Position numbers and translations under genes: made by a program. The notes beneath the pieces are model-generated. The model was given only the letters and a program-made list of their open reading frames with translations, searched no databases and was not told the DNA's origin. Source: a virus (lineage: Duplodnaviria > Caudoviricetes). Taken from it: a stretch of DNA of 64,000 nucleotides. Shown piece by piece: positions 49,744 to 58,547 of the stretch (positions within the stretch are counted from its first letter, which is position 1; every line of letters begins with the position of its first letter). The DNA lies in the IMG/VR virus record IMGVR_UViG_2974541498_000001, positions 1 to 64,000 of that record, one strand, 5' to 3'.

Positions 49744-51639
49744 ATGGAAAAGTATTCAGGATTACCTTATAATCAGTTTAATGGGAATTTTATTGCTGAT
49801 GTTTTAAAAAGAACTTTTGGAGAAAAGAGTTATTATTCCCCAGATGAATTTGCATATGTTTTAGACTTTTTATATCCACAAAATTATACTTTAAATCATC
49901 ACCAGATTGGATCGGGTAGATTAACGACTAGAGTTCCACAAAGGAATTTAAACTTTCATGCCGCCCAAGATAGAAAATGGCAAGAACAAATATTAGCCGA
50001 TATGCATCCAAATGTGGCTGTTATTAAAAGTCGGCAATTAGGTATAACGGAAATGGGGATCGCTAAAACCCTGCACTGGATTGATACCTATGCCGATAAA
50101 AAAGCTAATGCAGGCTATTTCTTCCCAACTTATCGACAACTAGAAGATTTTACTAAATCTCGTTTTAACATGGTACTGCAAGATGAATATTTAAATTCTA
50201 TTGTGGATAGTAATACTAACAGTCAGAAGATTAAACGTATTCGGGATTCTTATATTTATTTCCGGACTAGTTCAACTCCTGCCGCCGCTGAAGGTGTCGA
50301 TTTATCAGAAGCAACTATTGACGAATATGACCGTGCTCCTGAGCAATCTATTCAGTCTATTAGAAACTCCTTAAAGGGTAACGAATTGCAATATCTATTA
50401 AGGTTCTCTACTCCTAGTGCTCCCGGAGTAGGTGTGGATAGACTATATGATTCTAGTGACCAATGGTACTGGGCTTATACTTGTAAGCATTGTGGTAAGC
50501 AGAATGAGATTAAATATGCTGATTTTGACTCTACCATTTCTGGGGACAAGAATGGAAGTATTCAATTAATCAATAAAGATGGTATTGACTTAGCGGCTAA
50601 AACAGTTGCTGAAGGAACTTATCGATATGTTTGCCGATATTGTGGTCATCCTTTAGATAGGAATGGTGGTATGTGGGTCCCTCGTTACCCTGAGCGTACT
50701 TCTAATAACCAGGGGGTAAGAGGATATTATATTAGCCAAACTAACGCTGTATGGATTTCTGCGTCCCAATTAAAGACAAGTGAATTGCAGTCTCCTTCTA
50801 AGCAAGAATTCTTTAACTATGATCTAGGACTACCTTTTTTAGATGCAAAACTATCGGTTATCCCTACTGATATTTATAATCACGCTACTAGAATACACCC
50901 GGCTAAAAATAGAGAGGAATATACTTTCATTACGGTAGGTATTGACTGGGGTGTTCAACATTCCATTATTGTTTATGGTATGCGAGACAGTGGGCAACTA
51001 GAAGTTATTAATAATTTCCAAGTCCAAGGTATTGGGGCCACTGATGCAAATCGAGTTGGCGCAGATGTAAGAGAGATTGCTAGAAAACTAGATCCGTATA
51101 ATCCTGATTTAATCCTTTGTGATATTGGGGATAGTGGGGAAAAATTAGCTGAATTAATGAATATGATGGGAAGAAATGTTGTATTCGGTTGTCAAAACAA
51201 TAGTTCGCCTACTACTGGATTAGCCACTTCTAGTGGGAGTATCCGCCCAGTATGGAACGCGAATAGCAACACCGTTAAAGTAGATAAATTACTAGAGAAT
51301 AAGCGGCATATATCCATGATTAAGCAAGGGAAAGTTGGCTTCTATAAAGAAAGAACTCCTCAATTACAACGGTTAGTTAAACACTGGGGTAATGTTATTA
51401 TTAAATCTATTGAAAACAATAATGGAATTAATAGAGAAGTTGTTACTAGACGGTCTTCTAATAATGAAGGCGGGGATCACTATGCCCAAGCCGAAATTTT
51501 AGCTAATATTGCTATGGATTATTTGAGAGAAAACAAATTAGGCACTTTTGGTATCGCTTATGATGTTATTGGTGATACTAAAACCAACGAACCGACTGAT
51601 ATTCAAAAAAGAATTAATGATAATTCCTTATTTGATTAA
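49744..51639 (+). CDS. terL: terminase large subunit (Herelleviridae type, no intron)
   Basis: 'VIKSRQLGITE', 'IDEYD', 'RFSTPS', CxxC pairs, 'VGIDWG', 'DHYAQA'. Confidence 0.93.
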   Translation: MEKYSGLPYNQFNGNFIADVLKRTFGEKSYYSPDEFAYVLDFLYPQNYTLNHHQIGSGRLTTRVPQRNLNFHAAQDRKWQEQILADMHPNVAVIKSRQLGITEMGIAKTLHWIDTYADKKANAGYFFPTYRQLEDFTKSRFNMVLQDEYLNSIVDSNTNSQKIKRIRDSYIYFRTSSTPAAAEGVDLSEATIDEYDRAPEQSIQSIRNSLKGNELQYLLRFSTPSAPGVGVDRLYDSSDQWYWAYTCKHCGKQNEIKYADFDSTISGDKNGSIQLINKDGIDLAAKTVAEGTYRYVCRYCGHPLDRNGGMWVPRYPERTSNNQGVRGYYISQTNAVWISASQLKTSELQSPSKQEFFNYDLGLPFLDAKLSVIPTDIYNHATRIHPAKNREEYTFITVGIDWGVQHSIIVYGMRDSGQLEVINNFQVQGIGATDANRVGADVREIARKLDPYNPDLILCDIGDSGEKLAELMNMMGRNVVFGCQNNSSPTTGLATSSGSIRPVWNANSNTVKVDKLLENKRHISMIKQGKVGFYKERTPQLQRLVKHWGNVIIKSIENNNGINREVVTRRSSNNEGGDHYAQAEILANIAMDYLRENKLGTFGIAYDVIGDTKTNEPTDIQKRINDNSLFD

Positions 51640-51669
51640 AAAGGGAACCCCGGATAGGGGTCCCTTTTT
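51638..51669. terminator. bidirectional terminator
   Basis: aaaagggaacccc-ggata-ggggtcccttttt between convergent genes. Confidence 0.8.
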
Positions 51670-51724
51670 ATTTTAAATTATTAAAACTCATTTAGTCATC
51701 ATAATCTCCATTTATACTTTAATT

Positions 51725-52033
51725 CTAAGCATCGGGTAACTCAATATACTCGGACTCATGTTCCCAGAAATTATGCTGAGTTTTCGATCCTTCAAACCGT
51801 TTAAAGTCAGCGAATGAGTTCCAATGAAAATCTGGATTCTTTTCTAGTTCTTTATCCGCTAAGTCTTGTAAATAATGGGAAAATCCAGAGAATACCTTTA
51901 CCTGAGATAGCCCCATTTCATCCTTAACTGTAGCAGAGTATTCTTTCTTAAATAATAGCTTTCCATTCTGTACTACCTTAAAGTCATAGTTACCTGAGCT
52001 ATTCTTTACAAAGTCAATCTTAATATCCGTCAT
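51725..52033 (-). CDS. hypothetical protein
   Basis: AGGAG RBS. Confidence 0.75.
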   Translation of the reverse strand: MTDIKIDFVKNSSGNYDFKVVQNGKLLFKKEYSATVKDEMGLSQVKVFSGFSHYLQDLADKELEKNPDFHWNSFADFKRFEGSKTQHNFWEHESEYIELPDA

Positions 52034-52048
52034 TTTATCACTCCTAAA

Positions 52049-52777
52049 TTATAATGATTTTACTTTCTGATTACTAACGAAATTTCTTAACCAAACTTCT
52101 TTTCCTAGTAATTGGTTGTTAACGAAATTGCTTAACCAAACTTCTTTTTCCGGTAATTGATGACTAACGAAATGACTTAGCCAAACTTCTTTTCCTGGTC
52201 TTTGATTACTGATGAAATTGCTTATCCAAACTTCTTTTGCCGGTCTTTGGTTGTTAACGAAACTGCTTAACCAAACTTCTTTTCCCGGTCTTTGGTCATT
52301 AACGAAATTACTTAGCCAAACTTCTTTTGCCGGTCTTTGGCTACTAACGAAATTGCTTAGCCAAACACCTACTCGTTTATCTCTATCCAATAACCTTTTA
52401 ATATCAGAAGTAGACATCCCCGTAAACTTAGGATTATTCCGATTGGACTTAACGAACCCTTTTTCACTAGCCCAAGTTTGTCCTCCAGAATCAGCCTTTT
52501 GATAGAAACTATCCTGAGTGTCATATTTCTGTACTAATTGACCTTCCCGTAAAGAAACTTCATCAGCATTCTTACAAGTCTGCTCATAATCCCAAGTAAA
52601 GTCATATACTAATTTTTCCTTCTTTAATTCTTCTACATGTACCTCTTCATAGTCAGAGAAATCCTTATCTTCTTTGTGCTCGCTGAAGCGTTGCTTAATT
52701 GTCCGATTAGTATAACCCACATAAATAGGGATACCATCACCATATATTACATAGAATCTTGAAGTTATCTTAAACAT
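52049..52777 (-). CDS. GIY-YIG endonuclease fused to 7 x 15-aa tandem repeats
   Basis: 'FYVIY..IYVGYT..IKQRFSEH...LREGQLV..Y' followed by KEVWLSNFVxxQRP repeats. Confidence 0.75.
   Translation of the reverse strand: MFKITSRFYVIYGDGIPIYVGYTNRTIKQRFSEHKEDKDFSDYEEVHVEELKKEKLVYDFTWDYEQTCKNADEVSLREGQLVQKYDTQDSFYQKADSGGQTWASEKGFVKSNRNNPKFTGMSTSDIKRLLDRDKRVGVWLSNFVSSQRPAKEVWLSNFVNDQRPGKEVWLSSFVNNQRPAKEVWISNFISNQRPGKEVWLSHFVSHQLPEKEVWLSNFVNNQLLGKEVWLRNFVSNQKVKSL
52068..52370 (-). repeat. 7 x 45-bp tandem repeat
   Basis: ccaaac anchor at 52091, 52136, 52181, 52226, 52271, 52316, 52361. Confidence 0.97.
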
Positions 52778-52779
52778 GA

Positions 52780-53331
52780 CTAGTATTCGACTCCTTCATT
52801 AATTGGCAATGTTACACATCTAAATCCATTATCACTACCAGGTAGTTTCATAGAAGTCAGTACCAGGTAACTTTCTGAACCTGCACTAGATATGGTAACC
52901 TCTACTTTTTTAAGGTCATCAATGTTTTTTCCCTTGTGAAAGTCTACTCCACGTAGGTACAGAATGCTGTACACACCTGATGTTGCATCTCCTGTGATAC
53001 TATCACACCTACCAAGAGTGTTATCTTCAGCATCATACAGAGTAATAGATGGGTACCATGCATCCTTTTTGGTATCCTTAGTACTCTCACTGGTACCTAA
53101 AACATTTCCCTCTGAATCTGATAAAATAATCTTCGGGTGTTCCGATTGATTCTTGCTTGGATCAAATAAGTGAAGTTTTTCTAGTAGTTCTTCTACCATA
53201 TCCATGCCTTCTTGATATTCTTTACTATCAATTTCTGTACAATGCTGTAACCAGTAGAACAAATTATCTAGATAATCTTGAACTTCTATAATGTTATCCT
53301 CTAACTTTTGTGCTACTTCTTCATTCTTCAT
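52780..53331 (-). CDS. hypothetical protein
   Basis: Internal duplication 'IILSDSEGNVLG' / 'ITLYDAEDNTLG'. Confidence 0.75.
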   Translation of the reverse strand: MKNEEVAQKLEDNIIEVQDYLDNLFYWLQHCTEIDSKEYQEGMDMVEELLEKLHLFDPSKNQSEHPKIILSDSEGNVLGTSESTKDTKKDAWYPSITLYDAEDNTLGRCDSITGDATSGVYSILYLRGVDFHKGKNIDDLKKVEVTISSAGSESYLVLTSMKLPGSDNGFRCVTLPINEGVEY

Positions 53332-53683
53332 GATTAGTTACTCCTTCTTCTTGACCACTTTGTACCTGATATTCCTGTCTATGATGATAATGATTTTGCA
53401 AGTTATCACTATCTGAACCTAAGTAGTCAATACCCAGAGTATCCTTCAAGTACTTTATAGAAATATCTTTACCAAGATGATAGAATAGTACACTATCATT
53501 GAACCACTTTAAGGCTTTCATAGCTTCCTTGTCTGTACTACCTTCTACTAGGTACCCTTTATCTTGTAGGTACTTTTCTAATCGTTCGCTATGGTCAACA
53601 GCAAAATAATGTTGTACTACCATGTCTCCAACCTTGCTTTGTACCATTTCTGGTACGATAATTTCGTGTCCATCAATATTCAT
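53321..53683 (-). CDS. hypothetical protein
   Basis: AAGGAG RBS. Confidence 0.75.
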   Translation of the reverse strand: MNIDGHEIIVPEMVQSKVGDMVVQHYFAVDHSERLEKYLQDKGYLVEGSTDKEAMKALKWFNDSVLFYHLGKDISIKYLKDTLGIDYLGSDSDNLQNHYHHRQEYQVQSGQEEGVTNHEE

Positions 53684-53697
53684 TAATTAATTTCTCC

Positions 53698-53877
53698 TTA
53701 CATATAGTCCTGATTTTCTAAAAGAAAATAAATATCTTGCACAACTTGCCATTTTTTCTTTAGATCATAAAACTCATCTAAATTTCCATTTTCATAGTTT
53801 TCATAATTAGGTTCCTCTGGCTGTTCCTGTAAGGCATTTCTTAATTTGTCTAAAAATTCATATTGTTCATCAGTCAT
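53698..53877 (-). CDS. 59-aa hypothetical protein (not in ORF track)
   Basis: GGGGTG RBS; MTDEQYEFLDKLRNAL...; fills an operon gap. Confidence 0.65.
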   Translation of the reverse strand: MTDEQYEFLDKLRNALQEQPEEPNYENYENGNLDEFYDLKKKWQVVQDIYFLLENQDYM

Positions 53878-53879
53878 AA

Positions 53880-54389
53880 TTATTTCACCCCAGTGTAATC
53901 ATGGGCAATCTTAGCGCTAACACATGCGACTAATCCCACAATTAAATCGTCTAAGAAAACATTTACAGAAGTATTATCCTGATCTAGCTTAGCAATAATC
54001 CCAGTCTTCTCTTTATCTAACCATCCAGCACTGGTGATTCCAATTCCTCCATATAAGGAGGAAAAGCCATAATAAGCTAACACTTCGTCTACGGCGAATA
54101 CTCCCAGATCTTCATCCATAATAGTTTGTAGTGGTTCATCTAATTCCTTATTAGAAGCATCTTTGTCTAAAGCAATTCCTACCATGCAACAATTTAAGAT
54201 ATCCCATTTCCTAGTGATTTCTAAAGTAGCTGAAATATATTTTTCTAAGGGAACTTCTGGTAAGAACTTCTTTTGCAACCCCATAGCTAATTCTCCAATG
54301 GACTTTTCTGTTACTCCTTTGCTATTTAAATAATTCCATACGTATCCATATGCGAGCGTGCTTGGATACTTATCACGGTTATTTAACAT
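53880..54389 (-). CDS. pgpA: phosphatidylglycerophosphatase A (YutG/LtrC-like)
   Basis: 'GIALD...EPLQ..DLGVFAVDEVLA..LYGGIG....WLDKEKTGII...FLDDL'. Confidence 0.8.
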   Translation of the reverse strand: MLNNRDKYPSTLAYGYVWNYLNSKGVTEKSIGELAMGLQKKFLPEVPLEKYISATLEITRKWDILNCCMVGIALDKDASNKELDEPLQTIMDEDLGVFAVDEVLAYYGFSSLYGGIGITSAGWLDKEKTGIIAKLDQDNTSVNVFLDDLIVGLVACVSAKIAHDYTGVK

Positions 54390-54391
54390 AT

Positions 54392-54547
54392 TTACTCCTC
54401 TCTATTAACCAAATTTAATTGGCTAATCGCTTCTCTTACTTCATTTTTAATACGCCCTCTAGACATCCATTCGTTATCAATATCATCTAAAATGATATTT
54501 AGCTGTTCTACCGCTAGTTTTAAATAAGTTTCCGATTCAATATCCAT
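54392..54547 (-). CDS. 51-aa hypothetical protein (not in ORF track)
   Basis: AAGGAG RBS; MDIESETYLKLAVEQL... Confidence 0.65.
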   Translation of the reverse strand: MDIESETYLKLAVEQLNIILDDIDNEWMSRGRIKNEVREAISQLNLVNREE

Positions 54548-54625
54548 AGTATTATCTCCTTTTGTTTATGTATTAAATATACAACAAAAAAAGAGGACTG
54601 TCAATCCTCTTTTAATTAATTAATA

Positions 54626-55375
54626 TTATTCAATTTTGCTTAATCCCTGCTTAATACGCCCTCGCTTAAACCAAGGGGATACCGTAAAGGCTAGAATATC
54701 ATTAATAACATAAATACTAGCGTTAACAGCCATAGCGATAGTAGCGTCACCTTGGCTAAAGGTAACAGCCCAAAGGATTAATTGGGCTATACCACTAGCT
54801 AACCACCAAAAATATTGGTTGTTATATCGTAAGAAGCACATAACTCCAGCAGTAAGACTTACCGCAAAGGCAAATGCATCAAACCAAGGACGAGGATCAT
54901 TTGTAAAGGCACCAATAGCCCACCCAGATAATAAATAAACTAGCAGGGTGGATACTAACGCAATAACCCATTCCTTCTTAGCAAACTTTCGCAAGTTATT
55001 AACAGTATTATCATTCCAAGTTTTAACTGCGAATAGAACGGGGAGGTCTAGAGTAACCACATAGGCAATTTGTTCTAGGATACTTAGGTAGTTCTTAGCA
55101 TGCCACCCCACATAGATAAAACAGATAGCTGATAATAATCCAAGCCATCCATTAACGCTCTTAGCGGCATTAATAGATAAAATGCATAAAACTCCCAGTG
55201 TTGTTCCAATAAATGTTAGGGTAGTATCTAAAGTAATAGGTCCCCCAATAAATAATGCCAATTGAAATCCAAAACTAAAAAAGTAAAGCATGTAATTCTG
55301 AATCGGCCAGCCTTTCAACTGACTAACCAACCATGAAAAATAATTCTGTTTTGTTGCAACTTCCTTTGAATCCAA
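54626..55375 (-). CDS. pnuC: PnuC-family nucleoside / nicotinamide riboside transporter
   Basis: About 8 TM helices; 'NDPRPWFDAF', 'RYNNQYFWW'. Confidence 0.85.
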   Translation of the reverse strand: MDSKEVATKQNYFSWLVSQLKGWPIQNYMLYFFSFGFQLALFIGGPITLDTTLTFIGTTLGVLCILSINAAKSVNGWLGLLSAICFIYVGWHAKNYLSILEQIAYVVTLDLPVLFAVKTWNDNTVNNLRKFAKKEWVIALVSTLLVYLLSGWAIGAFTNDPRPWFDAFAFAVSLTAGVMCFLRYNNQYFWWLASGIAQLILWAVTFSQGDATIAMAVNASIYVINDILAFTVSPWFKRGRIKQGLSKIE

Positions 55376-55477
55376 GAACGAAAACTCCCTTTCTATTTTA
55401 GGTTTATACCTGATAACCAGGCACCCTTATCCAGCTTTACACTATCTTGGTGGTTTTAAGACATACTGGTCATACTA

Positions 55478-55822
55478 TTACTTATTATTAATCTTTTCTT
55501 GCATTTTATTTACCCACTTAGGGTATTCTTTATCATTCTTAGCTTTTAATCGCTTGGCAATAGCATCATATTCATCTTTGTTCTCTCTATATCTTTTTGC
55601 TAAAACAGCATTAACTTCTTTAAGAATATCATCATTTTTCTTATTTGAGAAGCTAATTATCGGTATATCTGCTACCTTTTTTAATTTACTGCTAATTTTA
55701 GCTAGCTCTTTATCTCTCTTCTTTTTATATGTCTTAGCTTCATCTTCTGACATATTTCCTAGAAGATAATAATCTAGGTAGTCTTTACTTTCTTCATCTA
55801 AGTTATCATAGGCAATTTCCAT
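55478..55822 (-). CDS. hypothetical protein
   Basis: TAATG coupling to upstream gene. Confidence 0.7.
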   Translation of the reverse strand: MEIAYDNLDEESKDYLDYYLLGNMSEDEAKTYKKKRDKELAKISSKLKKVADIPIISFSNKKNDDILKEVNAVLAKRYRENKDEYDAIAKRLKAKNDKEYPKWVNKMQEKINNK

Positions 55823-56301
55823 TAATTACACATCCAAGTCTTCTTATAGTCTATCCAAGTATTTCTAGCAAACTCTTCAAAAGTATCTTCCTTAAAAATA
55901 TAATGTGTATAATAAAATGTTTTAGTTTTAACAGTTAAATCAGTTCTTCTTTTAGTATTATTCAACATATCGTTTAAAGTATAATAATAAGGCTTTCCAT
56001 CTGGCGTATAATAATATCTTTTTGTATAGGATTTATGAATTGCTGGACTAAAATCATTGTTCTTATACTTGGAATAAGTTATATTAATATATTTTCTAAC
56101 TTCGGAGATACTATATCTAGAAACATAATCACAAATATCCCAGCTATCATACAGTTTTTTATATTGGCAATTCTGTGGTAGGTAATCATCATAATCGCCA
56201 CGATTGATTCTTCTTCTAGTAATTCTGCTTGCTTCCTTTTTTAACTGGTGCGCTGATTTACCATTCTTTAGAATAGGATTCTTTCGGTAGCTTCTAGACA
56301 A
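55822..56301 (-). CDS. hypothetical protein (MSRSYRK family)
   Basis: 'MSRSYRKNPI...YKKLYDSWDICDY'. Confidence 0.7.
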   Translation of the reverse strand: MSRSYRKNPILKNGKSAHQLKKEASRITRRRINRGDYDDYLPQNCQYKKLYDSWDICDYVSRYSISEVRKYINITYSKYKNNDFSPAIHKSYTKRYYYTPDGKPYYYTLNDMLNNTKRRTDLTVKTKTFYYTHYIFKEDTFEEFARNTWIDYKKTWMCN

Positions 56302-56316
56302 TTAGATCACCTTCTA

Positions 56317-56388
56317 TGCTCTAATAGGGGATCGAACCCTAATCAAAAGTTTAGGAAACTCTTATGCTATCCATTACACCATTAGAGC
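56317..56388 (-). tRNA. tRNA-Arg(CCT)
   Basis: Full cloverleaf; loop TTCCTAA. Confidence 0.9.
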
Positions 56389-56479
56389 AGAATAAGTATG
56401 GTTCTATTGTACCATACTTATATTACTTTAAATACCTATTTATTTAAAAAATATTAAATTAATCATAGTAATAAGTTGT

Positions 56480-56671
56480 TTATTTCCCCGTAATAAATAC
56501 AGTCCCTAAAGGAAATTCATATTCCTCTGCAAAATCATCATCTGGGGAAACTTGTAATTCTGGATCATAATTAGGAATTTCTAAAGCTCCCCCTGTCGAA
56601 TGATTATAGATAGCAACTTCTGTTTCACCATCATATTTCTCTAATTCCTTAATTAAATCTTTAACTTTCAT
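56480..56671 (-). CDS. hypothetical protein (MKVKDLIKEL family)
   Basis: Common phage small-protein N-terminus. Confidence 0.7.
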   Translation of the reverse strand: MKVKDLIKELEKYDGETEVAIYNHSTGGALEIPNYDPELQVSPDDDFAEEYEFPLGTVFITGK

Positions 56672-57387
56672 TTTAAATACCCGATAAAATATTGATTATC
56701 TTCCTTTTGCGAAGTAGGTGTAATATCTGTAATAACTTCATATAAAACCTTCTCTGGATTGTTATTAAATTCCTTGTAATAATAAAGAGTTCCAATATTA
56801 CTAGTATGGTTATAGATAAAGTCTACGATATCATCTACTGTAATAATATATTCTTTACATTCAGTAAAATACCCGCGACTATCTTCTTTAATAGCAGAAG
56901 TAATAGCAATCATAGTCCCATTACTCCAACCAATATTCTTCACTAGCAGACCAGTATTTAAAGGTAACCCAACACTATTATGATTTGCTTCAAGCTTATC
57001 TGACTGTTCAAATAAATCTTGAATAGTTCCTAATACTTTCTTGTGCATTTCCTTCTTAGAGTTTGGAACTACTACTCCGCCATGAATAGTATCAATAGGC
57101 TTATTTTTATCCTGAAAATAGAAATCTTGCCAATCATCTGCTAATAAATCCTCTTGGCTAGGAGACCAGCCTACCTGTAGTTCCCCCTTACTATTTTTTA
57201 AATCAATATGGGGGTTAATTGTAACTTCCTTATCAGTTAGACTAAATCTTAAAGTATCATTATTTATCTTACTCTTAGGAATAACTGATCCGCTTTCAAG
57301 GTAAATAAACATATTCTTACCATTCCAGCCTTTTCGATAGGCTTTATTACCTCTCATAACACTCTTCAATACTTCATAGAATTTCAT
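56668..57387 (-). CDS. Tad2/DUF2829 domain fused to an unknown C-terminal domain
   Basis: 'GNKAYRKGWNGKNMFIYL...PHIDLK...GWSPSQEDLLADDW'. Confidence 0.8.
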   Translation of the reverse strand: MKFYEVLKSVMRGNKAYRKGWNGKNMFIYLESGSVIPKSKINNDTLRFSLTDKEVTINPHIDLKNSKGELQVGWSPSQEDLLADDWQDFYFQDKNKPIDTIHGGVVVPNSKKEMHKKVLGTIQDLFEQSDKLEANHNSVGLPLNTGLLVKNIGWSNGTMIAITSAIKEDSRGYFTECKEYIITVDDIVDFIYNHTSNIGTLYYYKEFNNNPEKVLYEVITDITPTSQKEDNQYFIGYLK

Positions 57388-57650
57388 AGATTACTATCTC
57401 CATCCTCAAAAAGTTTTAATAATTCTTTCATACCCTTACTATTAAGCATCTGATTAACAGATTTATTAATAGCCTTATCATCGTTAGTTAAATTTCTAAA
57501 GGAGCGTTTAAAATCCGTATTAGTTCTATCAAAGTCCTTATTAGTTCTATCAAAGTCACTGCTAATCTTTTCTCGATTAGTAACTTTTAAAATATTATTC
57601 TTATTGGGACTTTTATTAACAATATATATTAGCTTACTAACTTTATTCAT
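57384..57650 (-). CDS. hypothetical protein
   Basis: Contains DFDRTN x2 (21-bp duplication). Confidence 0.65.
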   Translation of the reverse strand: MNKVSKLIYIVNKSPNKNNILKVTNREKISSDFDRTNKDFDRTNTDFKRSFRNLTNDDKAINKSVNQMLNSKGMKELLKLFEDGDSNL

Positions 57651-57651
57651 A

Positions 57652-58014
57652 TTACCAATTCTCTCTATATACTTCTCCTAGAAGGGTCTCTTTACCATCC
57701 CAACCAGTATGATATTCTTCTTTAGGAGCTTGTCCTAATTCAATACATTCTTTAATACTATTTGCTTCAGCATCTTCGACAGTACCATCGTCTAAATATT
57801 TAGTATATAGATAAGTAGTATCTGGGAAGCCTTCGATCTCGCTATTCTTAAATAAAATACTGAATTCTACGGAGTCATCTAAATTCTTAATAGTGTATAG
57901 ATTAGCTATTGGGGATTCCTTAATATCCCAATTCTTAGGATTAAATCCTTCTTTAACCAGTAAAACATCGATTAAAAATCCGGCATATTTATTTTTCATT
58001 AAAAATACCTCCAT
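57652..58014 (-). CDS. hypothetical protein
   Basis: Promoter and GGAGG RBS; start probably at MKNKY. Confidence 0.7.
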   Translation of the reverse strand: MEVFLMKNKYAGFLIDVLLVKEGFNPKNWDIKESPIANLYTIKNLDDSVEFSILFKNSEIEGFPDTTYLYTKYLDDGTVEDAEANSIKECIELGQAPKEEYHTGWDGKETLLGEVYRENW

Positions 58015-58067
58015 ATTCTATACTTATTCTAGCATATTTATGTTTTTAAGTCAATCTATTCCCAAAA

Positions 58068-58457
58068 TAAAAAGGATAGTTCCCTATCCTTCAACATGAG
58101 GTTTATCCTTTCGAGTTCCCTCGATAATTCCACTATTAAAAGTGTACTCAGGTAGAGTATGACTGGATAGTCACCCAACCTATAACCATCTAATGCCAGC
58201 ACTAGATTTTGGGATGATCCATATTAGGAATCGCCTTATTGCTTTATTCCCCATGTTTGACCTGACCAAGGAAGATTACTAATTAATGTCAGGTAGCAAG
58301 ATCATTGTCTTACCTTATTTACCTAATTATTCCGAAGTTACTTAGGCCATTCCTATTATTTATGTATACTACCCAATAAGGGATAATTTTTAAGAATAAT
58401 AATATTAATTATTATTTACTTAATTTCAGCTTATTGGTAGATTTCAATATCTTTATC
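58068..58457 (-). ncRNA. large structured ncRNA, ROOL-like candidate
   Basis: No ORF; TATAAT at 58464-69; terminator at 58068-91; more than 8 stems and a possible pseudoknot; near tRNA genes. Confidence 0.7.
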
Positions 58458-58547
58458 AATACTATTATAAAGTAGTCGATCGCACTAGTTTAGTAGTTCA
58501 AAAAACAATAAGTGCCTTTAACTTGTGCTTATTCGATTATATGACTC

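Noticed and set aside
49744-51639. Intron or intein in terL
   Set aside because: A single continuous 631-aa ORF with ATPase and nuclease motifs at normal spacing
52068-52370. CRISPR array or DGR template in the 45-bp repeats
   Set aside because: No unique spacers, the repeats are in-frame coding, and there is no reverse transcriptase in the window
55439-55454. NrdR box upstream of pnuC
   Set aside because: Only the first half matches the consensus and there is no tandem second box
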